A stretch of 63,199 nucleotides of DNA, from the NCBI GenBank assembly GCA_001929475.1, contig LXFE01000411.1, forward strand, positions 1 through 63,199, written 5' to 3'. The DNA comes from Neolecta irregularis DAH-3. Taxonomy: Eukaryota. The notes under the pieces were generated by a model, which had not been told where the DNA came from, did not search any database, and saw only the letters and a program-made list of their open reading frames with translations. The first letter of the stretch is position 1; each line of letters opens with the position of its first letter. The position numbers and the translations under genes are program-made. This document shows positions 53,258 through 63,199 of the stretch, piece by piece.

Positions 53258-53985
53258 TAGAAAATTCGACGAAGCAATTTTAGTACCATTCTACACTTCC
53301 CTTGTCCTGATTCCTTTGTTACTTGCTTTATCACTCTTATCTCTCATCCATGCTCCTTTGCAATATAGAAACAATCGCTCAATGCAGCAATAATAATGAT
53401 GGTGGTATGTTGCTATCAGAAAACGGAAAAAGTACAAATATGAACCAGCGGGCCATTTGCTACTATGTAGGACATCCCATGTATAACTACAAGATCATAT
53501 ATAGGTTTCACAAAAGTTAGGCCTGTAAGTAGTCGAGTCTATTATTTTCTCGAATCTCCAACCAAACCGAAAAATAGTTAACCATCTCAAAAGTTATGCT
53601 AGCCCGATTCGTCCACCGAATTCTCATGTAATCCGAGCAATCATAGATCAGGTTTTGGCTGGAACTGAATGAGACTATAAATCTCAATCTACCGAATGAC
53701 ACGCAATGCGTATGCAAGGCAAACCGGGTAAATAATCCAGGGATATGCGAGGTCTTGTGTATACTGAAAGGTCGACGAAACCACTAGAAATATCATCGTG
53801 AAGTGAAAAAGATACGGGAAGCAATATGTCAAGATCAGTCAAATACATCAAAGGATAATCTTCCGAAAGAAAAATATTCCCTGCAAGCTACAAACATCTT
53901 ACGAGCATTACATGTCATCCCCCAAGTTCTTGAATTTTAAATTTGACACTAAATAATAATGGTTAAGAGCGGGTAGGAATGACAG

Positions 53986-55024
53986 TCAAAGGACTCTAGA
54001 AGCAGATTTCTCGATCTCATACTCATGTTTTGATACGTCGTTATCATCTGATCGAGATATTTCCTGGAGAGCGGCCAACATTTGTTCTCGTGTCTCAAGA
54101 GTGAGTTCGGAAACATCAGATGCCGTCATTCCCTCTGTAGAAATTGGCTTAAGAACTGAAATGTGGTCAGCATATCAAACATGGATAAAAGTAAGAATGA
54201 AGAAAATTGAAATGCCTTTCACCCGGATTGTTCCTTTCCGAAACGTAAATGATTTCCAGTTCAACAAATGAGAATAATTCCCGGCTACAATCGGAACAAT
54301 CGGAACTTGCGCTTGGACAGCAAGATGAAAAGAACCTTTCTTAAACGGCAACAGGTCATTCTTGGTAGAATTGGATCGAGAACCTTCTGGAAATAGCCAG
54401 ACGCTTTGCTATTCTAGGTTTCAGTATGTTGTCCAAGTTGCCTGCCTTTAATGAATATACCTTTGCAGTTTTGATATGCCTGACAGCTGAATCGAAAGCT
54501 GATTTTGTAATGGCCAGACTCGTTCGATCTACAAAGACTGTCCCGCTCCACGCCACTGGTAATGTCAGATGTCCCAAAAACGTCGTACAGTACCACCCGA
54601 AGAACGGGTACCATTTCAAAGCACTTTTTGCGGTAATACTGCAATACTTTGGGAACAGCTATTAAATTGTATCAGCGAATTATTCATCACTCGCTACCAA
54701 CCCTGCCTAACAACAGAAGATCAAACGACCTAGAAAAATTAACGCAATCATCCCTCTATAAAATGAGTACGATTGATGATTCATAACGAAGATGGCAGGT
54801 CGAATGAGCATCAGCTCCTCGTTTTCCACGTTGAATTGGAAGCCCAAAAAAGTACAATTTGCGAGCCAAAATGCACGAGCAGTAGCCCATTGGCTGATGT
54901 TCTTCCTCCTTACTAGTGATAAAATCAACGATGCAGCTGCACCATATGCGCCGACAAACGCAACCAAGATATAGAATGGTACAACACTTAAGTAAAAGCG
55001 GACTCTCCTAGAAAGGAATGACAT
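53986..55024 (-). CDS. SLC1: 1-acyl-sn-glycerol-3-phosphate acyltransferase
   Basis: RPAIFVMNHQS, AKKCL.WYPFFGW, SGTVFVDR, WLFPEGSRS..LLPFKKGSFHLAVQAQVPIVPIV and VLKPISTEG. Confidence 0.95.
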
Positions 55025-55318
55025 GGCCAGAAGAAGTAGAAGAGAAGCTAGAAAAATGGACGGCTGATAATTGTTATACGGAATTGAAGCGGTGTGCATG
55101 AAGAAAAGAACTGGGTGACTTTGTGGTTGGTTAGGGACGGGGACGGGGACGGGGTTGGAGTAGTGCCGCGGGTGGTCTTGTTGACGGAAGCAGGGGTGGG
55201 TGGGTAAGCACGTGCCGGTGGGTGGGGTTTGCCATCGAACTATTACTGGCACCCCAACAATGATTTTATTATTCATATTATTCATATTTGTCGCATATTC
55301 AGTTATTCTAATACAACT

Positions 55319-56070
55319 TCAATAATAAACTCCGTTTTGTAGACCGATATGAAGATATATATTGTTAACAGCGCGTTCTGCACTTCTGTCGACCATCGCC
55401 ATGATTACGAGTGAGCTTGCAGGTGCACTGAGAGCTTGAATGCCAATAGAATCAAGAGGGCTCGACGGATCTAGAGAAACGATTCGAACAACACCATCAT
55501 CACACTTAACAGCCTGAGAATCGACATTGTTCTCGGATCAACAAACCATAAAGTTGTTCCTTGCTCATCCTTCTGGACCAATGCTCAATGCAGTGATGGC
55601 ACCAGTCATCTGTTTCTGTTCCTGATATTCTTGTAATTCTCCACTACTCAATGCGATCGCACCTTGTCTTTGATTCGTGGTAGCTTGTTGGGTACTTTTT
55701 TGAGCTGGTGCTTTCCAGTTGACGATTTTTACGTCTGCATGGATATACCGGATGCCGCCTGGATGGATCTGAATAATTGCATCTTGGCCGAGTTGTTGGA
55801 CTGCAATTGTAGGTATTGATGCGAGAAAACCGGTATCAGTTACTTCTTCTACTGCCTCTCCAATGGATAAAATCAATGTTCCATTGGTGAACGAGAGAAT
55901 GAGGTATGAGTCAAATTCATCTGATTTGCGGATTTTTGTGGTCCATATGGCTGTAGGTCATTTTTGTACTTGCTTACTTATGAAACAAAGCAAGCAAGTC
56001 TGATCAAGACTGTGTCTTAGAATTCTGAATGTTGAGCGATGTCCTTTACCATAGGATGACATAGATTTGT
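55319..56070 (-). pseudogene. RSE1: Internal fragment of splicing factor Rse1/SF3B3 (pseudogene)
   Basis: [67 protein letters not shown] (stop), AVKCDD..RIVSLDP..IQALSAP and IYLHIGLQNGVY*. It has a frameshift, an internal deletion and no N- or C-terminus. Confidence 0.9.
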
Positions 56071-56351
56071 GATGACATTGTGTATAAAAACGTGATTCTT
56101 GAAGCTGGAAAGGACGCGGGATGACGTTGAGGCTAAAAAGGCTAGAAAAGAAAAACTCGGCCAGAAGCCCAAGTGGAATGTATGCTTTATTTTTGTACTT
56201 GTGACAAAACAGTATTCCAGACTTGCTCCGTTGTCACTGATGTTCTATTTTTACATGAATTAGTACTCTACATTACAACCGTATCTTCCGTCTATGTATT
56301 CTAGATAGTCGTCTCCATGCCATATATTTAGACAAGCCCTTTTTGCATTAT

Positions 56352-57095
56352 TCACAGACGGTCAATGAACTTTTCATAAAGCGACCATTCTTCTCGATCT
56401 ATGAGAACATTATAACGCAAGTCTTTCAAGAATTGAATTTCCCAGCGCTTCACAATTGCCTTTGTGACATTGAATTTAGTTCCCCACCAACGTAGTTCTA
56501 GAACATTGAATTCACTGTCAGGTGAGTAGAATTTGAAGCTAACTACAATTGCAGAAGAAATTATATAGTCCAAGTCGAAAATATAATTTATCTTCGAAAA
56601 GCGGTGGATAAGGATTATAGCTGCCTTCAAGATTTGTTCTTTTCCTTCAAAGACACTTGAATTACAGACAGACTGAGCAATTGAAGGAGAAAGGATTCTT
56701 TCCGTCAAATAATTGACGACTTTGATGAATCTTTTTGGGGAAAGTGGATGAATTGACAAGATTTGATGAAAAGGGTCATTATGGGAAGGAAGGTTGTAAT
56801 GCTCGTGCCCTTGTACAAAGGGCCATCCCTGGGAATGCAGCCAATCATTCATCCGGCAATGCTTTTCAGTGTGTAAAACGTCATCGTAATCTGACAATGG
56901 GGAAGTTAGAGCAGTCGAAGCTGGAGATTGAAGTCTGGAGTTGACATGCCCTTCTGGGGAAGAGGAATCTGGTCTTGTGAATAAAGCAGAAGAATCCCTG
57001 GCTGTATGAATAAATGACATTCTGTAACGATAAACGAGTACAGAAAACAGACGGAAGATGGTGGTTGAGTTTTGGGTGGAAACCGTTAAGAACAT
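56352..57095 (-). CDS. Divergent cyclin-like protein (Pcl/Pho80 cyclin N-terminal fold), intronless; start may be 57020
   Basis: ILKAAIILIHRF..SSAIVVSFKFY..D..F..WW....VKRWEIQFLKDLRYNVLIDREEW fits the PCL pattern AL.LA.K..D....W......LN..E..FL..L.W.L.V..EEW. Confidence 0.7.
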   Translation of the reverse strand: MFLTVSTQNSTTIFRLFSVLVYRYRMSFIHTARDSSALFTRPDSSSPEGHVNSRLQSPASTALTSPLSDYDDVLHTEKHCRMNDWLHSQGWPFVQGHEHYNLPSHNDPFHQILSIHPLSPKRFIKVVNYLTERILSPSIAQSVCNSSVFEGKEQILKAAIILIHRFSKINYIFDLDYIISSAIVVSFKFYSPDSEFNVLELRWWGTKFNVTKAIVKRWEIQFLKDLRYNVLIDREEWSLYEKFIDRL

Positions 57096-57265
57096 TCATC
57101 GCTAGCAACCACATTATGCCCTGTATCAATGACTCACATCACGTCAAAACCTCCGATGGTGGAAATTTTTGATTGGAACACTGCATTGAAAATATTTTCC
57201 AACTTGGGGTTAGAAGCATGGGCATCGCATTGATGACTCCACCTCTTCGTTAACATATTCCGATA

Positions 57266-58451
57266 GTGGTGAAACAAAGAATATTTGTTCATAAACCTGT
57301 GAAAACCCTGCTCGGTGATCGGTTGGTGGAGACTGCCTCTACATCTATTAGTCAGACTCGACATCAAATGACATATACCGCTAGTGTTACCACATTTCAA
57401 TTTCTTCGGCGCCTGGCCAAAGTTTATCGGATTTCATTCCAGACGAAGTATTATTGGTAATCTTTTCTTTAGTCATACTTCCAGATTTGAGAAGCTCCTA
57501 GTCCGATCTTACCTGTTTCAGCTAACAAAGGGATGTGTCAAATATAGGACATAATCGAAGGGATTATCTATTCAGGGTATACACAGCCCACAGCGAAACA
57601 AAAATGGATAATTTTCTGGGACCGGGAAAAAGCAGGCTGCAGGGTACCGTATATAATCTTTTCGTCCCGCAGGATATGCAGCAATATCATGGAGCTGCCC
57701 TCAAATAAACCAAGTGTTGAACCTGTCCGCAAGCTCTTGGCAATACTCAGACAAGTTCCAGGCGCTATCTATCTGTCGTCTGTTCTAAATCTGTTGTTGA
57801 CAGATCGAAGCAACGCCGAAAAATTGGCCTTTTTGGCGAAGCGGGTTTTCGACGGCCTTGTGCTTGCGGTTTCCACCAAAGATGGAGATGCGGCCCTCGC
57901 TTATCAGTGCATCTATGAAAATTTGATAGACTTTGAGCACGTTCTCCGGGATTGGGTATTGGTATTGGTAGAGAGGCTCGAGATAGACAGTAGCGACCCG
58001 TCGACTATTGAGATACTTAGATGTTGCGCTTGTATGTATGACCCGGTTACTATCCTCATGTATGCTCTATTCTTTGAACTTGACTAATTGATCACAGTAA
58101 ACGTCACTGTGATCAAGATCTAATACCGGCCTGGAGGAGAGAGAGACATGATAGCCTATCGTATCAGTATATTGAATTTCCTTTCCATGGCTGACTAAAA
58201 GGCATGATGACTTTACCTCGACGCTCCTCGGTTCAAATATTGCTCCTTCCCAGATACAGTTGATCAATCGCTTTCTCAATAGCATACAAACAGGCAAATC
58301 GCAAAAGAAATGGCAAATAACTGCATCACAAGTCGGACAAGACATCACTATGTGCGAATTGACCGACACATCTACCGCGAGTCTCGAAGAGAGGGATAGG
58401 AATTCAAATCTATCAGTTGCATCCACGACCAATAAGAGACGTATTTCATGA
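57266..58451 (+). other. Unidentified multi-exon orphan gene or decayed gene
   Basis: Helical-looking ORFs 57266-57460, 57689-58087 and 58260-58451 are separated by GT..ctaac/ctgac..AG-like segments. I could not assemble a clean spliced frame. Confidence 0.35.
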
Positions 58452-58821
58452 TTAATGCCAACGAACTAATCTTAGATAGGTAAATTGTCAAGAAAGAGTA
58501 TTAGTTTCTTTGTAAAATGTATCGGATCGGGAATTTCGAAAACAATCTCATTGGCGATGGCGTCTTCATAAAGCATTCTTCAAGCTGTACCTTATTCAAC
58601 ATCATTGATATTATTTTATTAGGATTGGTTTGTCGGCGTCGGCCTTTTGGGGATTGGCTTTGCATTTTTGTGTTTATTCTTTGTGGTCTATAAATTCAAA
58701 TGTTCAAAATTCCAAATACAAATGTTGTCTATTCAAACTCCAATCCATCATTGGCAAAACCAAAGTCAAACCCGCCCGAAGTATAGCAACTAGTCGTCGT
58801 GAAAGGAAAGCCAAACGTCGT

Positions 58822-60390
58822 TTAGATCTCTGTAGGATTCATCAGGTCGTCATTTTCCAGATCTTCTCCTTCCAAGATTTTTGGATTGAGCTTGCAGGAA
58901 CCTCTTGGTATGAACGTTGAGGCAAAGATAACACAAGCAATGACAGTAAACTGAACGCCCGATATGTTTAATAGAGCTGGCCGAATTGTCCGATATTTGC
59001 TCCAAACGGCATCGATATACCCACCGAGAAGGCTGCTGAGAATTGCATAAATAATGATATAGGAACAATATAGAAAGGCCATAACAGACCCAAGTGCTGA
59101 AATATCATGATCGACGTTTTCAATTCTCGAAAGTGAAGCTTGGATATAAGCCGCTAACGAAACATCTCCAGCCGCCCATCCAAAACTTATAGGGACAAAC
59201 ATAAGAGCGAGTTTCCACACGTATCCAAGATCTTTCACGGCCGGTTTGATGAATACCAGGACCCATGTAATCAGCAGCATCAGAGCATCTAGTCGTAGCC
59301 ATGGCATTGGGGTTGGCACGGAATTGCTCAACAGGAAAACCGATAATGCGCCCAAGAGTTCTCCGAAATTCGAGCCACCGACCATAATCTGGGAATACGC
59401 ACTTTCTCCCAGTGTGCGATTTGCAAAAGCTGGCAGTAGTGCATTTTCGAGGTAACGATGGGCGTACAACGCTATTGAATATCCGCTGAAAAGCCAAATG
59501 AACTTTCGACTGGTCATGACAAGTCCGGCGCCCATGTATATACTCTTGAAGAAAAGACAAAAGCCATTGAGTACTTTTCCGAAATAGCTCTGTATTGTCT
59601 TTTTTATTGTTCGGGGCTGTGATTGTTTACTGTAACCAGAAACTGTAATACGACTGGATGAGACAGATTTACATTCGGCTTCGGCGTCGCTGTCATTCAG
59701 AGTTGATTGTGGACGATATGACAAGGAATTAATGTTGAGGAATGACCAAGTTACGCAGGACAGTACGAAAAAGATTGGAGTGATGAGGAGTGCGTAGTTA
59801 TTGCCAAGCCGTAGAATCAACCAGGCCGATGTAAAAGCGCCTGTTGTTCCAGAGACTTCATAGAATACGTGAACGAGGGCATCAAGTCTTCGTAGTTTTT
59901 GCACGTTCCCGCCAACCAGGTCTCGGGGTATAATCCGCCGAATCAACTCGACCATCCCGTAACAAACGCCCGTCGAACAATATATCGGGAATATAATATT
60001 TGGTGTGTATCGACCGTACGTCGGCTTGCTATCGGTAGCATTTTGAATTTTTCCTCCAGTGGAAGCATCAATGATCATAAGCAACGTCGTCAAACATCCA
60101 AATATTAAAACCGTACACGCAAGAACAGCTTTTGTCGAGAATCTCATGATAAGGGGAGCGATAAGGATAGCACCGACACATTGCATCGCCTGGTACAATC
60201 CTGTTAAAGCTCCCAGTTTTGTGAATGTATGATCTGAATTAAACCGATCTGTTGCAAGCGTAATTATCGATCCGGTGAATGCTTCGAGACCAAATTTATA
60301 GAGCATGATACCGAGCACATATATTATAATATTTTTCCTCTCAGATGGCGTGAAAGCCTGAAATAACTTTCGGAGACTCGGCGGTTGCAT
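58822..60390 (-). CDS. Intronless MFS-like multi-pass membrane transporter of unknown substrate
   Basis: 522 aa with ~12 hydrophobic segments in two halves separated by a polar loop. Motifs GIMLYKFGLEAF, RRIIPRDLVGG..KLRRLDALVHVFYEVSGT.GAF and GGSNFGELLGA. Confidence 0.85.
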   Translation of the reverse strand: MQPPSLRKLFQAFTPSERKNIIIYVLGIMLYKFGLEAFTGSIITLATDRFNSDHTFTKLGALTGLYQAMQCVGAILIAPLIMRFSTKAVLACTVLIFGCLTTLLMIIDASTGGKIQNATDSKPTYGRYTPNIIFPIYCSTGVCYGMVELIRRIIPRDLVGGNVQKLRRLDALVHVFYEVSGTTGAFTSAWLILRLGNNYALLITPIFFVLSCVTWSFLNINSLSYRPQSTLNDSDAEAECKSVSSSRITVSGYSKQSQPRTIKKTIQSYFGKVLNGFCLFFKSIYMGAGLVMTSRKFIWLFSGYSIALYAHRYLENALLPAFANRTLGESAYSQIMVGGSNFGELLGALSVFLLSNSVPTPMPWLRLDALMLLITWVLVFIKPAVKDLGYVWKLALMFVPISFGWAAGDVSLAAYIQASLSRIENVDHDISALGSVMAFLYCSYIIIYAILSSLLGGYIDAVWSKYRTIRPALLNISGVQFTVIACVIFASTFIPRGSCKLNPKILEGEDLENDDLMNPTEI

Positions 60391-60658
60391 GGATGTCCTT
60401 TTTATCCGTTTTTTTGCTTCTGGTTTGTTAAAATTGTAGGGGGATAAGAACAGGGTACGTTAAATGAAGACGGAACCCGTTTATGTGGAAAGAAGAGTAA
60501 CCGATAGTTCTCTCCAAGCAAAGCAAGATCTTGGTGGAGTCTTGTGTTTGGGGGCAAGAAATGAACTTTCATATTTATCCAGGAAAATGGGCGATCGAGT
60601 AAAAAAGTGTCTCAAAAGTGAATCAAAAAATGTCGCAGACAAATTTTATGGGGATAAT

Positions 60659-60665
60659 TATAAAA
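60659..60665 (+). promoter_or_regulatory. TATA box of the small secreted peptide gene
   Basis: TATAAAA beginning 48 nt upstream of ATG 60707. Confidence 0.5.
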
Positions 60666-60706
60666 CCCCCCGCGACCTTGCGCTTCTCACATCCCAAACC
60701 AAGTTT

Positions 60707-60973
60707 ATGTTTATCCCGGTTTTAATGGTGGCAGGTGTGTTTGTATCAGCGATGCCGGTCGAGCAACACCATCGTGCATATCACCTTCCAATTCAACTAG
60801 ACGGGAATCCACAAGCGTTTTTCCACAAGCCGTCGGAAAGAGACTCTCCGTCATTCAATTTACAAAAAAGAAATCAACCGCAAGGGTTTTCTAAAGACAA
60901 TTTCGGAAAAGCGTCTGCTTTGAATAATCCAACACCAAACAGGATGAAGGAACGATACAACATGTTTTTCTGA
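60707..60973 (+). CDS. Small secreted prepropeptide (88 aa) with Kex2 site
   Basis: Signal-like MFIPVLMVAGVFVSA|MP, a pro-region ending LQKR, and a 33-aa C-terminal peptide. TATA box upstream. Confidence 0.7.
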   Translation: MFIPVLMVAGVFVSAMPVEQHHRAYHLPIQLDGNPQAFFHKPSERDSPSFNLQKRNQPQGFSKDNFGKASALNNPTPNRMKERYNMFF

Positions 60974-61245
60974 GGCGGGCCTGTATATCAGATGGACAGC
61001 GAGCAGACGATGGAATAAGAAGAGGTCGTACAATACCCCTATCTTTTGTATAGCGACTTTTGCATTTTTAATGTTTGCGAGAAAACACAAAAGTCTAATG
61101 TATATCCAATATTTCTTATCGATCAGCGCGATCTAGATGTAGATTTCTTCTTGTTTTTTCAGGATTGATTGTCCGTGGTCGATACCTTTTTTCACTTTTG
61201 GAAATTGTCTCACTTATTGAGTTCGTCGCGTTCAAACACGTATTT

Positions 61246-63136
61246 ATGGACGAAAAGGGATGTAATACGCAAGATGAGGATGCCGAGAAACTTGCTCAGA
61301 TGGGGTATACCCCGGAACTCTTGAGAAACTTTTCAGTGTGGAGTTTACTGGCTGTTGGATTGTTTGTGCCCTTTGCGGGCGATTTCTAAGGGTTGCAGTT
61401 CAATTACGAACTCGTGGTATGGAATTACGACTGCGATGATCACTGGGATTGTATCAGGTGGTCCTGTCGTTATTATCTATGGCATTCTTTTAATCGGATG
61501 CGTTTCGCTTTGTGTTGGAATTTCTTTATCAGAGTTGTCAAGTGCGTTTCCAAATAGCGGTGGACAGTATTTCTGGACAAGGCAATTGGCCCCGCAAAAG
61601 TATTCTCGGGTTTTAAGTTATCTTACTGGGTCCCTTGGATGGGCGGGCGCTGTATTCGCTAGTGCGAGCACCGCGCTTGGTATTGCGCAGGCAATTGTGG
61701 GGATTTACGTCTTTCAACATCCGGATGCAAGTCTGTGCTAGAACGCTATTGAATGCTAGATCGTAATCAAGCCGTGGATGAATTTTGTTGCCTATCAGTT
61801 GATCAATTCGGTTGCCTTTATTTTCAATTTATACGAAAAGGGTCTTCCGGTTATCAGTACAACATCCTGTTCGTCCAGGGGAGGTATAATCTGACGACTA
61901 GTATGGATAAGTCTTGCCAGCGTAAGCGTGATCACAATCACGGTTGTGTCGGTGTCGCATCCAAAACAACAGACACGGTAAGCAAATCTCTAGAGTTGGC
62001 GTTGAGTGTCACCAGTGAGGTATTCCGCAACTTTAAAAATGAAACGGGATGGGAGTCGAATGTTGTTACATTCATCCTTGGATTAATTAACGTCAACTGG
62101 GCGTTTTCTTGCGTATTTCCACGTATGCTGCTGTGGTGACCTTTTAGCTTGACGCGGCAACCCATATGGCGGAAGAGATCCCACAACCGGAACGGAATGT
62201 TCCCAAAGCATTGATCGGGACGGTATTTATTGGAATGGCGAGTGCGTTTTTTTACAGTGTGACGATGTTCTTTTCGACCAAAGATATTGTGAGTGTGATT
62301 GACACGCCAACAGGGTACTCTATTATATTTGAAGATGAATGACGGTACAGCTTCCCAGCTGTTGAGTTGTACTATCAAGCGCTGGGAGCCAGAGGTGGGG
62401 CCGTTATCATGGGGTGTATGGTTGTGGTAACTGGGGTTGGATGCCTTATTGCGGTGCATACTTGGCAGAGTCGGTTAATGTGGAGCTTTGCTCGTGATGG
62501 CGGGTTCGTTAAAAGTTCAGTGTATGTGGTTTGGTGCCGGGAATGCTAATTTGTTGAGGCTTTCCCGAATCCATCCCACGCTGGGTGTTCCTGTTAATGC
62601 GCATATCGCCAGCAATGGAATTGTTGCCATTCTCGGGTGTTTGTATTTGGCGTCGTCGACTGGTGATGATGTTTTTGTGCGGGTCTGACGAGAGTAGCGT
62701 TTAATTCCATGGTTGTGGGTACGATTGTGTTTCTGTACCTGTCATATTCTGTTCCAATTGTGTGCATGCTTGCGAGAGGAAGAGAGAGCGTGCCGCACGG
62801 GCCCTTTTGGCTAGGAAAATGGGGACAATTAGCCAATTATGTTACATTATTCTGGACCATGTGGACGCTTGTGTTTTATAATTTCCCATTCCGATATCCT
62901 GCAAGAGGGGATAGCATGAGTAAGGGAGTATTAAGTGTGACTAATTTGAAATAGACTATTTCTGTTGTGTTCTAGCAGTATACCTCTTGTTTCTTTTGGT
63001 AGACTGGTTTGTCAGAGGGCGAAGGGAATTTGTGGGATTAGTAAGCTTGTTCCATGCGTCTACTAACAGCAAGCGTGAAAAGGTGACAAAGGAGAATTGT
63101 GAAGCTAGACGGATTGAATGTGAAGTGAAGAATTGA
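61246..63136 (+). CDS. HNM1: APC-superfamily amino acid/choline permease (Hnm1-like); last exon end uncertain (63078 or 63136)
   Basis: LAQMGYTPELLRNFS..SLLAVGFSITNSW, GGPV..IYG, SLSELSSAFPNSGGQYFW, NETGW, CLDAATHMAEEI..PERNVP, WQSRLMWSFARDGG and GPFWLGKWG. Confidence 0.9.
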
Positions 63137-63199
63137 AGAATTGAATGTGAAGTGAAGAATTGAATGTGAAGTGAAGAATTGAATGTGAAGTGAAGAATT
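63113..63199. repeat. 19-bp minisatellite (attgaatgtgaagtgaaga) running to the window end
   Basis: Four full copies plus one internally deleted copy (attgaaga). Confidence 0.95.

Noticed and set aside
60464-60706. 169-aa version of the secreted peptide ORF
   Set aside because: The upstream extension spans the divergent promoter and TATA box and would bury the signal peptide.
63113-63199. CRISPR array or telomeric repeat
   Set aside because: Eukaryotic context with no unique spacers; the unit lacks the G-run typical of telomere repeats and abuts a gene directly.

Overview
Gene-dense region of a compact fungal nuclear genome with many very short (~30-50 nt) spliceosomal introns. Gene content and intron style suggest an early-diverging ascomycete (Taphrinomycotina, e.g. 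Neolecta-like); this is an inference. About 25 protein-coding genes can be read. In order: a TALE homeobox transcription factor behind a ~5 kb upstream region, CBC2, NUP82, LDB19/ART1-type arrestin, LYS5-type PPTase, CCT8, a BEM2-like RasGEF/PH/RhoGAP, NHP10, MET30/SconB, CLC1, MDL1, CDC37, calmodulin, a PPR-like mitochondrial protein, COQ11, BFR2, SYF2, IML1, YAF9, DBP9, a GAC1-like PP1 subunit, SLC1, a divergent cyclin, an intronless MFS-like transporter, a small secreted prepropeptide and an HNM1-like permease. There are two pseudogenes: an MFS transporter and an internal RSE1/SF3B3 fragment. The most notable observations are an orphan Kex2-type secreted peptide gene sitting between two transporters, a homeodomain with a plant-KNOX-like helix 3, an apparent AT-AG intron in COQ11 alongside generally relaxed splice signals, two unannotated snoRNA-like elements, 65-86 bp head-to-head gene spacings, and several MITE-like inverted-repeat remnants. 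Exon boundaries were inferred by eye and are approximate where noted.
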